Below the pieces are notes generated by a model. That model saw only the letters and a program-made list of their open reading frames with translations. It searched no databases and had not been told where the DNA came from. Positions 1-9,653 of a stretch of 64,000 nt of DNA are shown here, piece after piece. The stretch lies in assembly GCA_000092065.1 (NCBI GenBank), contig CP000588.1; one strand, given 5' to 3'. The position numbers and the translations under genes are program-made. Every line of letters starts with the position of its first letter. Positions within the stretch are counted from its first letter, which is position 1. Source of the stretch: Ostreococcus lucimarinus (lineage: Eukaryota).

Positions 1-872
1 ACGTCGAACGCGCCTTTGGACTTTAACACTTCGACCGCGCGATCGAAATTTGAGTCGTGACACTCGAGATGCACGCGTTGGATTTTGCCCCAGTCGGTCT
101 CGTCGACGCCGTTCAAGACGTCGAGCTCGGCGCGCTCGACGTCGATCTTTAACAAATCGACCGAATCGAGCCCGTGCGCTTCGATGAGATCAGAGACCGT
201 GACGACGGGTCGTTTCACCACGCGCGCGCCTGACAGCATGTACGCCGCGACGCACCGCACGGCGACGCGCAAAACGAAGCTCGCGATGACGCTCGCGAGA
301 CGTCGAAGCGGCGTCGCGTCGTCGTCGTCGTCCGCGACGCGCGCTCTCAACCAACGTCCCGCGCCGACGACGACGTTACTCTCCAACCCATCGTCCCCAC
401 CACCGTCGCCCCTCAGCGCGTCCAAGACGTACGCGATCAAATTCTCCGTCGTCTCCGCGTCGTCTCTCGCGTTCTCGCGCGTCGCCCATCCCGCCGCGCG
501 CGGAAACTCGACGAAATCCGCCGCGTCCCGCCTCTCCCCCCCCACGCCGACGTCGTGCGCGTACACCGTCGCCATCCCGCGCCCATCGCGCGCCGCGCCT
601 TTTATCTCCACCCCTCGCACGCCGCACGTCGTCGCCGCGTCCCTCGTCGTCGTCTCGCCTCCCCTGTTTTCCCGCGCGCCGACGTTTTCCACCAACGCCG
701 CGAACGTCCTCGGGATCGGTTCGCACGCGATCACCGCGTCGCTCCTCGCCGCGAACCACAGCGCGCTCAATCCAACGTTCGCGCCGACGTCGATCACGAC
801 GCCCGTCCTTTTCGCCCCGTCCGCGATCGCGTCGAACCCGTAACACTCGCGCTCGAAGATTTCATCGTGCAT
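1..872 (-). CDS. FkbM-family methyltransferase, partial (3' end runs off the window start)
   Basis: Manual translation of the minus strand from ATG at ~872 gives an uninterrupted frame to position 1. It is not in the ORF track because no stop lies within the window. The frame contains VIDVGANVGLSALWFA and LLKIDVERAELDVLNG, which match the FkbM methyltransferase family. The overlapping track ORFs 85–843(+), 376–846(−) and 862–2052(−) are low-complexity alternative frames. Confidence 0.6.
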   Translation of the reverse strand, partial: MHDEIFERECYGFDAIADGAKRTGVVIDVGANVGLSALWFAARSDAVIACEPIPRTFAALVENVGARENRGGETTTRDAATTCGVRGVEIKGAARDGRGMATVYAHDVGVGGERRDAADFVEFPRAAGWATRENARDDAETTENLIAYVLDALRGDGGGDDGLESNVVVGAGRWLRARVADDDDDATPLRRLASVIASFVLRVAVRCVAAYMLSGARVVKRPVVTVSDLIEAHGLDSVDLLKIDVERAELDVLNGVDETDWGKIQRVHLECHDSNFDRAVEVLKSKGAFD

Positions 873-1232
873 GAATTTCACATCCGCGCGACTGACGTAC
901 CTGAGACGCACGCCGCGCCCCACGGCGACGCGATTCCGCGCGTCGTGCGTCCACGCGCTCGCGGGCGTCGCGCGCGCGCGCGCCATCGCGCGAGACGTCG
1001 ACGTGTCGATCGGTCAACGATTCGATGCGCGCGCACAGCGCGACGCGACGTCGAATGCCGACGGCGACGCGCGCGCGCGAGCGCGACATCGTCGGCTGGG
1101 CGCGCGTCGCGCCGCGCGGCGCGCGATCGGCGCTCGCGCGCGCGGGAGGCGTCGCGTGGCACGACGCGCGCGAGAACGTCGTCGCGTGCGCGGGAGGGCG
1201 CGGCGCGCGCGACGCGGCGTCGGTGACGATCG

Positions 1233-4200
1233 GTGCGACGACGCGCGACGACCCGCGAACGAACGCGCGAACGAACGAACGAACGCACGAACGAACGCGG
1301 ATCGGGACTGACGCCGAGCGCGCGACGCGACGGACCGATAGGGACGTGGGACGCGAGGACGCTGACGACGAGCGGCGACGCGCCGACGGCGAGCGAAGGC
1401 GCGGCGTACGCGCACGACGATGGAACGACGGAACGAACGCTCGGGAGGAAAAGGGCGATGACGTACGCGTTCGGTGGCGCGGATGACGGCGGGAGGATGC
1501 ACGGGGAGACGCGGGCGATGGATCGAGAGACGAGGAAATGGACGCGGTTGGCGACGAAGGGACGAGGACCGACGAAACGCGCGGGCGCGGCGGCGACGGT
1601 GACGGCGAGAGGGCGGTTGTTCGTGCACGGGGGGGTGGGAGAGGATGGGAAGTATCTCGCCGACGCGTACGAGTTGAATTTAGATTCGTTGATTTGGAGA
1701 GAGGTGAAGATGAACGGGTCGGCGCCGACGGCGCGAGCGTTTCACACCGTGAGCGCGCTGAGTACGATGTTGGTGTGTTTCGGTGGCGATAATGGGACGG
1801 AGTTTTTGAGGGAGACGTACTACATGCCCTACGACGACGAGGTTTGGCGCGAACCCGACGCGGCGGCGTACGTCGGCGAAGACAGCGAAAACGTGTGTTG
1901 GCCGTGCGAGCGCGCGTGTCACACGGCGACGCCGCTGAGCGACGGCGATACGATGATCGTGTTCGGTGGGTTAAGCAAGAATAGCGTGTCGTTGAGCGAC
2001 ACCTGGGCGTGGTCCGCCACGGAGCTGTGCTGGAGCCCGGTGGAGCCGCCATCGCAAGAGCCGGACGCGCGCTTCATGCACACCGCCACCGTCGTCGGCG
2101 ACGGTTTAGTCGTCCTCGGAGGGATGACGCTGAACTTGAAAGGAGTGGACAGCGGCAAGTCGCACCGCGTGTTCGATCACATGTACATTTTAACGGGTTT
2201 GCAGCTCCTGACGCACCCGGCGAGAAAAGCGACGCAGGGCAAACCGAACGACTCGCCGCCGCAGCGCTCGACTCGAAAATCCTTTTCACAAGAACACCCA
2301 GAGGGGTTACCGCCAAAGAAGAAGCACTCAGCAGCGGTGAAAGAGATGCAGCGTAAGAGTTCGCGTCAGTCGATGGAGATCGTCGCGGCGGCGGTAGACG
2401 TCGCGGCGGCGGCGGAGCCCGAGGCGAGACGGAAAGCAAAGGCGGCGGAACCGAAGCCTTCGGAGCCCGCACCGTCGGCGCAAAAGACTCTTTCAAAAGG
2501 ACCATCGACGCCTAATTTCTTCTCGAAAGAAGCGACGGCGGAGTTCGAGCGCGGAGTCAGGACGCGCGGAACCGAGATGAGAGTCGTCGCCGCGCCTCTC
2601 GCGAAAAAGCCGAAGACGCGCGCGCCGAATCCTAAGAAGAACGTCGCCAAGCCGGCTTCAAAGTCGAGTCCCCCGCCGAAGCGTGCAGTGAAAGGCCCAG
2701 TGCATGCGCACCAAACATCGTCTCCACCGGCGCCCGCAACGATAGACGTCGAAAAACGCTCATCGGTGCAAGTAGTTAAAGAGTCCGCGAACGTCGCGCC
2801 GCCGCGCGCGGATACGCGCGACATTCCCGTGCCAGGCGTGAAGCTCGCACCGCCGGACGACGTGGACGAAGACGAAATCGACTTGTTCTCAGGACCCGTA
2901 AACGTATCCGATCGTGTCAACGACGAGCAAACACGACAGGAGGCGGAAAATACACCCACGCCGGAGGCGCCGGCGCCTAAGAAAGTCGCCGCGACGGCTG
3001 CGTCGATTCCGGGGGTGAAGTTGGCACCGCCGGACGACGACGAGGAGGTAGGCGCCGTGGAAAAGTCGACGCCGAGCCCACAGCCAGTCGTTGCGTCGCC
3101 CACGAAGAAGTCAACGACGCGAGAGGTGGCGGTCGCGGCGAAAGAGTTCCCCATCCCAGGCGTTCGATTGGCCCCAGTAGACGACGACGAGTGGGAAGAC
3201 ATGGACCCGGAGGAGCGCATGCCGTCGTTCCAAACGAGTTCGGATCAAGAGGCGCCCACGATCGCTGGAAGTGATTCGCCCGAGAGTGTCGAGGTGCCGT
3301 ACGAATGGATCGCGAGTGACGACCAAAAGTTTTCAATTTTGAAGGAAAAGGCGACGGGGAAGGAAATTAGAAGAATCCCCTTGCCGGAGAGTTTGCGAGA
3401 CGAAGAGTATCGAGAACGACGAGAACGAAAACAACCGGCATCTAAAGTGCAGCTAGTACCGGCGCCAGTCGAAGCGAAGGAGCCACAGCCGTCCTCGACG
3501 AAAGTCGCCAAACCTCTGAGCGTAGACGTCGACGTTGCGTTCAAGGTTTACGCGACGTTCCAGTTGACCAAATCTGCAAAGCTTTACGAGGGCATGGGAC
3601 ACGACGAGTGCACAAAGGCGCTCCAAGCCGCTTGGCGTAATCTGACGAAGGAAGAGCACGATGAGTGGTTGGAGATGGCTCAAGGTCCACCTTCCGCACG
3701 CAAACGCAAAGATCGCGAGGGGGAACATCCTGACAAAGAAGACGCCAAACCGTCGACATCTTCCAAAGACAATCTCGAAGTGACGCGTCTTCGCCGTGTC
3801 GCCGCCGCGCATTTGAACATGCAATTTCGCGCCGATGTCGAGCACGCCGCGGGCGCTGGTGACTTTCGCGGTGGTGATCTCGCCATGCTCGGTGAATACG
3901 TCACCGGCGTCGTCACTGGCGGCTTCGACGCCGGATACTTTGCCACCATGAGCGTGCAAACCGACGACGGTCCTCGCAACTACCGCGCCGTGTTATTCTC
4001 CCCCGTTCTGTGCTCGCAGCGCCTCCTTCCATCCGGCACCGATGACGGCGACAAACGTCCCACGCTCGTCTTACCCAGCTACTGCGTCCCCGGCACGTCC
4101 AACTCCGTCGCTCGCAACATCGTCTTCACCCGCGAAGACGCGAGCGACGGCGCCATCCGCGCGGACGCCGTCTGGGGCCATCCCCTCCCCGACGTCCCAT

Positions 4201-4268
4201 CCAAGCCGATCGTCGCCCTCGTCGACGAAGACGTCGATCGCAAACTCCCCGAAGATCGCGCGCTTTAG
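1233..4268 (+). CDS. Kelch-repeat beta-propeller protein with a long K/P/A-rich repeat region and a C-terminal HMG-box-like segment
   Basis: 1011-aa ORF. The N-terminus carries Kelch-type blades (GRLFVHGG…, MLVCFGG…, MIVFGG…, LVVLGG…). The middle is disordered and contains three copies of the motif IPGVKLAPPDD(D/E). Near the C-terminus, KALQAAWRNLTKEEHDEWLEMAQ resembles an HMG box. The N-terminal codons include a (GAAC)n microsatellite at ~1255–1300. Confidence 0.6.
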   Translation: MRRRATTRERTRERTNERTNERGSGLTPSARRDGPIGTWDARTLTTSGDAPTASEGAAYAHDDGTTERTLGRKRAMTYAFGGADDGGRMHGETRAMDRETRKWTRLATKGRGPTKRAGAAATVTARGRLFVHGGVGEDGKYLADAYELNLDSLIWREVKMNGSAPTARAFHTVSALSTMLVCFGGDNGTEFLRETYYMPYDDEVWREPDAAAYVGEDSENVCWPCERACHTATPLSDGDTMIVFGGLSKNSVSLSDTWAWSATELCWSPVEPPSQEPDARFMHTATVVGDGLVVLGGMTLNLKGVDSGKSHRVFDHMYILTGLQLLTHPARKATQGKPNDSPPQRSTRKSFSQEHPEGLPPKKKHSAAVKEMQRKSSRQSMEIVAAAVDVAAAAEPEARRKAKAAEPKPSEPAPSAQKTLSKGPSTPNFFSKEATAEFERGVRTRGTEMRVVAAPLAKKPKTRAPNPKKNVAKPASKSSPPPKRAVKGPVHAHQTSSPPAPATIDVEKRSSVQVVKESANVAPPRADTRDIPVPGVKLAPPDDVDEDEIDLFSGPVNVSDRVNDEQTRQEAENTPTPEAPAPKKVAATAASIPGVKLAPPDDDEEVGAVEKSTPSPQPVVASPTKKSTTREVAVAAKEFPIPGVRLAPVDDDEWEDMDPEERMPSFQTSSDQEAPTIAGSDSPESVEVPYEWIASDDQKFSILKEKATGKEIRRIPLPESLRDEEYRERRERKQPASKVQLVPAPVEAKEPQPSSTKVAKPLSVDVDVAFKVYATFQLTKSAKLYEGMGHDECTKALQAAWRNLTKEEHDEWLEMAQGPPSARKRKDREGEHPDKEDAKPSTSSKDNLEVTRLRRVAAAHLNMQFRADVEHAAGAGDFRGGDLAMLGEYVTGVVTGGFDAGYFATMSVQTDDGPRNYRAVLFSPVLCSQRLLPSGTDDGDKRPTLVLPSYCVPGTSNSVARNIVFTREDASDGAIRADAVWGHPLPDVPSKPIVALVDEDVDRKLPEDRAL

Positions 4269-4413
4269 AGTTCGCCGCGGTGACAATCACAATTCACAGT
4301 TTACGATTCAACAAATCGCGCGTCTTCGTCGCGCCGCGCCGAGAGCCAAAAAAAGCCACCGAGGTCGGCGCGAGCTCGGCACCCCGACGCATTTCTTCGC
4401 GCCTCGTGCGACG

Positions 4414-4821
4414 ATGTGCCGACGCGTGCAGTGCTCGAAGTGCGATAAACCCACGTGGGCGGGTACGCGCGATGCGATCGACGCCTCGACGCGCGCGCGC
4501 GCGCGCGACGACGACGACGCCGCGCGCGACGAATGCTCGACCGAACGACTGACCGCGGACGCGATTCGCTCAGGATGCGGCATGCACATCGAATCCGCGC
4601 TCGCGGGCGTCGCGGTGGAAGACAGGTGCGCGTGTGAGCGCGGGAGCGTGTTCGGGAGCTTGTTCGGGGGGAAGAAGACGTCGAACAAGGAGGAAGTAGA
4701 CGCGCGGCTTTCGTCGCCCGCGAGCGAGCGTCGTAAGAAAGGCGAACGGATTATGATTACGATCACGGTTTACGCGACGAGTCGAGCGAGGATTCGAATT
4801 CGGCGGCGAGCTCGCGCTTGA
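4414..4821 (+). CDS. small cysteine-rich (CxxC…GCGxH…CxC) putative metal-binding protein; proposed model join(4414..4462,4574..4821)
   Basis: ATG at 4414 is followed by CSKCDKPTWAG. A candidate intron at 4463..4573 has a GTACGC donor, a CTGAC branch point and a TCAG acceptor. Splicing joins the motif to CGMHIES in frame, giving C-x2-C-x5-W-x-G-C-G-x-H. The 3' end as drawn overlaps the kinesin 3' end by about 59 bp, so the true end or a further intron is uncertain. Confidence 0.35.
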   Translation: MCRRVQCSKCDKPTWAGTRDAIDASTRARARDDDDAARDECSTERLTADAIRSGCGMHIESALAGVAVEDRCACERGSVFGSLFGGKKTSNKEEVDARLSSPASERRKKGERIMITITVYATSRARIRIRRRARA

Positions 4822-6649
4822 GGTTAGAGATGGTGGTTTTGGCGTCTCGCGCGGAGTCGCGGAGACGCTCGAGGCGTCGGCGCGCCGAGGCGTGCTCGCG
4901 AAAACCGTCGTCGATGGAAACCTCGAGGTCGAGCTCGCGTGCGGATGGCGTGGCTGAAACGTCGATGATGCGGGCGATTTTGAGAGCGTCCAGGGCACCG
5001 CGATCGGTGTTGATTTTGGTTTTGAGCTCGTTCATGCGTCGCGCGAGAGTTCGCGCCTCGGCGGCGAGCGCCTTGGACTCATCCGTTTTACGTCGAAGCA
5101 TCGGCGCCACGCGCGAGATGTCGCGACAAAATTTCGTAAATATCTCTTCGTTCGGGTCTTCATGAACGGCATCAGCGGCGTCGGCGGTGCCTTGATCTAT
5201 CGCCGAAGGTTCCATTGGCGGTGACGCGGCGCCCGTCACCGCGCCGGCGCGTTCGGCGCTCCGACACATGTCGCGCAGTATTTGCTGCACGGCTCTAATT
5301 TTTGCCACGCTTGATCCACACTCGAGCACGTAATCATCTTCATCCACGTACATACGCACGTTTGCTCGCAAAATCTCGAGCACGTCGGCGCTTAGCTCGA
5401 GCTCAAGCGCGTCGTTTTCGCTCGATTCCACTCGCCGAAGCAATGCGAGTTCCACGCGTAGGCGTTTATTTTCTTCCTTCAAACGCGCGATGAGCATGTC
5501 CACGTCGAGTTCTTCATTCATGAAGACTTCGTTCGATATCTTACGCACGCGCTGGGCGAATCGACACGTGCTAACGCTCTCATCGAACGCGCCGTCGTCC
5601 GCGCTCGCTGTGGCAATCATAACGGTTTGACAATTCCCACCGAGACTGTCTCGTAGCATCGTCGTCATCAAACTATTTCTGTACGGCACGTGAATGTTTT
5701 CGTTACCATCGGCGCGCTCCTGTAATGCCACGATGACTTGCTCCAGGAAGTGCAACGAGACATTGATGTACTTGGCCTCTTGCAGCGTCGCGCCGTCGAC
5801 GCGGCTTTTGTTCACCCGTTCGCTCCCTGCCAAATCCACTAGATTCAATTTCGCCCGACGCAACGTGTCCGCCCCGCGCGATCGCCGCGTGATGGTGATG
5901 GTAAATATGCAATGCGATCGACTGGACGCCATATTCAGCGGCGTCTCCGCCACCGCTCGGTTACTATCGCCAACGAAGAGCAAATCGAGCGCCTCGGCTT
6001 CGCTCGACACGACGCGCGTCGTCAGATCCATCGTGTGCATGCACCCGTGTTCGTCCTCCATCAATCGAACCTTTGGTAATGGGATTTCTGACGCTCGCGC
6101 GTATCCTCGCGCCGCGCTCTGTCGCTCGTCCAACGTCGTCGCGAGTAAATCGTACCCTTGTTCCATGTAAATCTCCGCGTAACTCACCTCCACAGTGAAC
6201 TTCGCATCCTCGTCCGCTCCGATCTTTGCGATGCGTTCGAAAATCAACGACAGCGCCCTGGGGACGATGCCTCGATCCTCGTACCGCGCCGGTCCTCCCG
6301 TCAGCGTGTACGTCTTCCCGCTCCCCGTCTGCCCGTACGCGAACAGCGTGGCGTTGTACCCGCCCAGCGCCGCCTCCACGACGTCGCGACCGACGGCATC
6401 GAACACCATCGCCTGACTCGCGTCTTCATCGAACACATCATCGAACGCAAACACGTGTCTCGCATCCTTCGCTCCCGCGCGTCGTTCAGACGCCGCGCGC
6501 GCGCACTCAACCACCCGCGCGCGAGTCGATTCGTCTTCCTCTTCGTCGCGCTCGAGCGCGCGTATCGACGCCTCCGCGCGCGCCGACCGCGACGCGCGAC
6601 GCGGTCGCAGGCGTAAAAACGTCCGTATTCGCGTCGTCGACGCCGCCAT
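4763..6649 (-). CDS. kinesin motor protein
   Basis: 628-aa ORF with ATG at 6649. The kinesin P-loop GQTGSGKTYT is present, as are the switch motifs (NRSHCIF, VDLAGSER) and a coiled-coil tail. Confidence 0.85.
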   Translation of the reverse strand: MAASTTRIRTFLRLRPRRASRSARAEASIRALERDEEEDESTRARVVECARAASERRAGAKDARHVFAFDDVFDEDASQAMVFDAVGRDVVEAALGGYNATLFAYGQTGSGKTYTLTGGPARYEDRGIVPRALSLIFERIAKIGADEDAKFTVEVSYAEIYMEQGYDLLATTLDERQSAARGYARASEIPLPKVRLMEDEHGCMHTMDLTTRVVSSEAEALDLLFVGDSNRAVAETPLNMASSRSHCIFTITITRRSRGADTLRRAKLNLVDLAGSERVNKSRVDGATLQEAKYINVSLHFLEQVIVALQERADGNENIHVPYRNSLMTTMLRDSLGGNCQTVMIATASADDGAFDESVSTCRFAQRVRKISNEVFMNEELDVDMLIARLKEENKRLRVELALLRRVESSENDALELELSADVLEILRANVRMYVDEDDYVLECGSSVAKIRAVQQILRDMCRSAERAGAVTGAASPPMEPSAIDQGTADAADAVHEDPNEEIFTKFCRDISRVAPMLRRKTDESKALAAEARTLARRMNELKTKINTDRGALDALKIARIIDVSATPSARELDLEVSIDDGFREHASARRRLERLRDSARDAKTTISNLKRELAAEFESSLDSSRKP

Positions 6650-6788
6650 CGCCCGCGGTCCGTCCAGGCGTCACCGGACGCGCGTCGTTGTACCGGTCGG
6701 GTTTGTACCGGTCAGTACCGGTCAACCGTCGCGCCGCGCGAACCGTCACACGAGCGCGCGTCGCGCGTCGCGCCGCGCCGCGTCGACG

Positions 6789-8795
6789 ATGCAGGCGCTG
6801 GCGACGTCGTCTGACGCGCCCGCACCGCGCGAGGCGCGCGACGCCGCGCGCGAGACGCCGGTCGGTCCCACGAGGTCGAGGTCAAACGCGACGCGCGACG
6901 ACGTCGACAGCGCCGCGGAGGACGCCGGCGACGCCACGGCGTCGACGTCGTCGCGCGCGTGCGTCGTGCTGTCGCTCGGACGCGCGGTCGTCGGCGACGC
7001 GCGGTACGCGAACGGCGCGCGCGCGTTCTGCGACGGCTACCGCGCGCGCCGGGACGCGGCGGCGAACGGAAGCCTCGGAACGACGACGGCGAGCATCGAG
7101 GCGACGAGTTTCGGACCTTTGTTTCGAGTCGTGCTGCACGATTACGACGATGAAGCGTTCGTGGCGCATCATCCCGGGACGGCGACGCGAGAGGCGAAGC
7201 GTTTCGTCGACCGGGCCACGGGACGTCGTACGACGTGTCCGTCGTACGACGACGTATTTGGGTTCAGCGATCCGAGCATAGAGCAAAGGTTGAGCGCGCT
7301 GCCGAACATGGATAAAGTCGTGGGATACGTGCGACCGACGGTGCGAAATAGGTATCGGATGAGCGAGGCTGAGGTGGTCGAACGGCGCCGGCGTGAGGCC
7401 ATCGAAAACGCCGGCGCCGACGAGACGCCGAGCATCTTCAGGACGCCCAGCGTCGAAAAGTGCGATGTGTGTGATTCTGTTCGAGAGTTTGACCAAGATG
7501 TGCTCGTGCAGTGCGATGAGTGCATGATTTTGGTTCACATGGGTTGCTACGGCGTCACGACTGCGCCGACGGGCGGGCGTTGGCTGTGTCGAGCGTGCGA
7601 ACTCGGCTTGCGCACGCCGCCGCGGTGCGCGCTGTGTCCGAACGTGGGTGGTGCGATGAAACCAACGTTGTGTGGGAGGTGGTGCCACGTCGTATGCGCG
7701 TTGTGGGCGGAATGCACGTTCGCGCATCCTGATGGCGTCGCGGAGCCCATCGAAGGCGTCAACATGGTTCCAGCGGAGAGTTTGAAAGCAACGTGCGCGG
7801 TGTGCGAGCAAAGTTACGGCGCGTGCGCGCAGTGCATGGGTACGAAAAAGTGTCAAAAAGCGTTTCACGTGTACTGCGCGAGAGACGCGGAGTGTGGATA
7901 CATCGCGCACTCGCGCACGGTGGCGCAGCTGAAACAGGCGGGCATTCGCAAATTCATCGTGGGTTACGAACAGCCTCTGCGAAACACCGACACACTTTTG
8001 TTTCCGAGTTGTCCCGCGTGCGCAAACTGGCGAGGTCGCAAGCGCAAACGGCGCGCGTCGACACCGAAGAAGCGAACTCAGACACCGAAGACAAGGCCAA
8101 CTGTGGATTCGCGCGAAGTCGAAGACAAAGACGAAGACGCGAAACCACTCCAGTGCGCCAAGTTTGACCCTTTAGGCGCGTACGCTCGCGCGTTGACGGT
8201 GTCGCCAAAGGATTCGATACCATATCTCGTCACGGGCGCGCGAACGAGTCGCTTGGAATCGTTCAGTCTTCGAGCCGTCGCACTTGCCGATCCGCCGCGA
8301 AATCTGAACGAGCGTTTCGAGCGCATGAAGGCGACGATTTCAGATCGCTTGACGCTGGGGAAATCGTATATTCACGGCTATGGTTTATTCGCAAAACGCG
8401 CGCACGCGCGAGGCGAGATGATCATCGATTACGTCGGCGAAATCGTGCGTCCAGTCGTTGCCGATATTCGCGAGCGCGACGTGTACGACACCTGTTTCGG
8501 CAACGGGACGTACATCTTCGCGCTAGGCGGCGACGATCAACCCGTGCGCTTAGACGCCACGTGTGCAGGAAATCTCGCAAACTTGGCCAACCATTCGTGC
8601 GCACCGAACGCGCATTCGAGACAAGTGTACGCCGCGAACGACAACCACATTTGCTTATTCGCGTCGCGAAACATCCAGCCCGGCGAGGAAATTTTGTACG
8701 AGTATAGACTCGGCGCCGATCAGACGTTACGATGCAACTGCGGCGCCGCAAACTGTCGCGGCGTCGTCAACTTTACCGCCGAGCACCCGGCGTAG
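6789..8795 (+). CDS. trithorax-type histone-lysine N-methyltransferase (PHD fingers + SET + post-SET)
   Basis: 668-aa ORF. There is a PHD C4HC3 cluster (CDVCDS…CDECMILVHMGCYG…WLCRACE) and a second Cys-rich extended PHD. The SET domain (GYGLFA…, NHSCAPN, EEILYEY) is followed by post-SET CNCGAANCRG. Confidence 0.85.
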   Translation: MQALATSSDAPAPREARDAARETPVGPTRSRSNATRDDVDSAAEDAGDATASTSSRACVVLSLGRAVVGDARYANGARAFCDGYRARRDAAANGSLGTTTASIEATSFGPLFRVVLHDYDDEAFVAHHPGTATREAKRFVDRATGRRTTCPSYDDVFGFSDPSIEQRLSALPNMDKVVGYVRPTVRNRYRMSEAEVVERRRREAIENAGADETPSIFRTPSVEKCDVCDSVREFDQDVLVQCDECMILVHMGCYGVTTAPTGGRWLCRACELGLRTPPRCALCPNVGGAMKPTLCGRWCHVVCALWAECTFAHPDGVAEPIEGVNMVPAESLKATCAVCEQSYGACAQCMGTKKCQKAFHVYCARDAECGYIAHSRTVAQLKQAGIRKFIVGYEQPLRNTDTLLFPSCPACANWRGRKRKRRASTPKKRTQTPKTRPTVDSREVEDKDEDAKPLQCAKFDPLGAYARALTVSPKDSIPYLVTGARTSRLESFSLRAVALADPPRNLNERFERMKATISDRLTLGKSYIHGYGLFAKRAHARGEMIIDYVGEIVRPVVADIRERDVYDTCFGNGTYIFALGGDDQPVRLDATCAGNLANLANHSCAPNAHSRQVYAANDNHICLFASRNIQPGEEILYEYRLGADQTLRCNCGAANCRGVVNFTAEHPA

Positions 8796-8901
8796 AAATT
8801 AGACGAGTTTTAGTAGTTGAGTCCAGCGTCGCCGTCGACGACGCGCCTTCTCTCACCCATTCCTCCCATATTATTACACTACGCGACACCCACGACGACG
8901 A

Positions 8902-9351
8902 TCAATCCTCCTTCGCCGCCTCCGCAAAATACGGATTCTCCTTCGGCTCTTCGATGATTTCAATCTCGTGATCAAAATCCCACGGCTTCCACGCGCGCAT
9001 CTTCGGGATCAGCGCCAACTCGTCCTTCGCCGCCTCGTACATCTCCTCGATTTGCCCCTCCCCGATCGCGTCCTCGATCTCCCTCACGCTCCCTCCCGCC
9101 CTCACCTTGGCCAACCGTTCGGCGTACAGCTTCGTCACCGCCTCGCGATACCCCGCATCGCTCGGGATCCCGACCTCGACCTCGCGCAAAACCTCCTCGC
9201 AGATCGCCTCGTACGTCGCCTTCGCGTCGTCGAGCACGTCGAGCCCGACGATGCCCGTGGTCTGTTTCTCCGATCGCGACGCGCTCGCGACGTACGCGCG
9301 CGACGCCGCGCGGCGCGTCAGAAGCGCGCGCGCGACGCGACGCAGGTGCAT
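8902..9351 (-). CDS. NDUFA5: NADH dehydrogenase [ubiquinone] 1 alpha subcomplex subunit 5 (complex I B13), with mitochondrial presequence
   Basis: The track ORF 8902–9462 contains TTGIVGLDV, LYAERLAKVRAG, GEGQIEEMYEAAKDELALIPKMRAWKPWD, which is collinear with NDUFA5 (TTGLVGLAV, GGQIEEV…KMIQWKPWE). The likely start is the internal Met MHLRRVARALLTRR (~9351). The Arg-rich stretch upstream of it is probably non-coding. Confidence 0.75.
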   Translation of the reverse strand: MHLRRVARALLTRRAASRAYVASASRSEKQTTGIVGLDVLDDAKATYEAICEEVLREVEVGIPSDAGYREAVTKLYAERLAKVRAGGSVREIEDAIGEGQIEEMYEAAKDELALIPKMRAWKPWDFDHEIEIIEEPKENPYFAEAAKED

Positions 9352-9612
9352 CCTCCGTCGTCCGTCCGTCCGTCCGTCGCGACGACGTGTGCGGCGCCGG
9401 CGCGTCGATCGCGCGGCGCGCGCGTCGTAGGGTTTATCTCGCGCACCTTTTTCGACGCGCACCTTTTACTACATGGAGAACTTTTGCGCTCGAACGCGCG
9501 CTTTTTCGAATAAATCACGAGCCGTAGAGCGAGGGACGCGCGCCCCATCACCGCGCGCGCGACCGCGCAGGGTCGCCGCGGCGTCGCCGGGCCGACCGCG
9601 GACGACGACGCG

Positions 9613-9622
9613 ATGCGGTCGA

Positions 9623-9653
<31 letters not shown>

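Noticed and set aside
862-2052. Long Arg/Ser/Pro-rich ORFs on the opposite strand or alternate frames of real genes, for example 862–2052(−), 376–846(−), 85–843(+), 555–1226(+), 2366–3220(−), 6226–7281(+), 6882–7910(−), 36396–37565(−), 38136–39048(+), 39012–40234(+), 44416–45177(+), 46544–46991(+), 47774–48460(+), 49569–50364(+) N-terminal part, 54497–55310(+) and 56542–57132(−)
   Set aside because: In a genome of about 68% GC with GAC/GCG-rich codons, stop-free antisense and shifted frames are expected. Their products are low-complexity (R/S/A/P homopolymer-like) and lack motifs, while the overlapping frame encodes a recognisable conserved protein.
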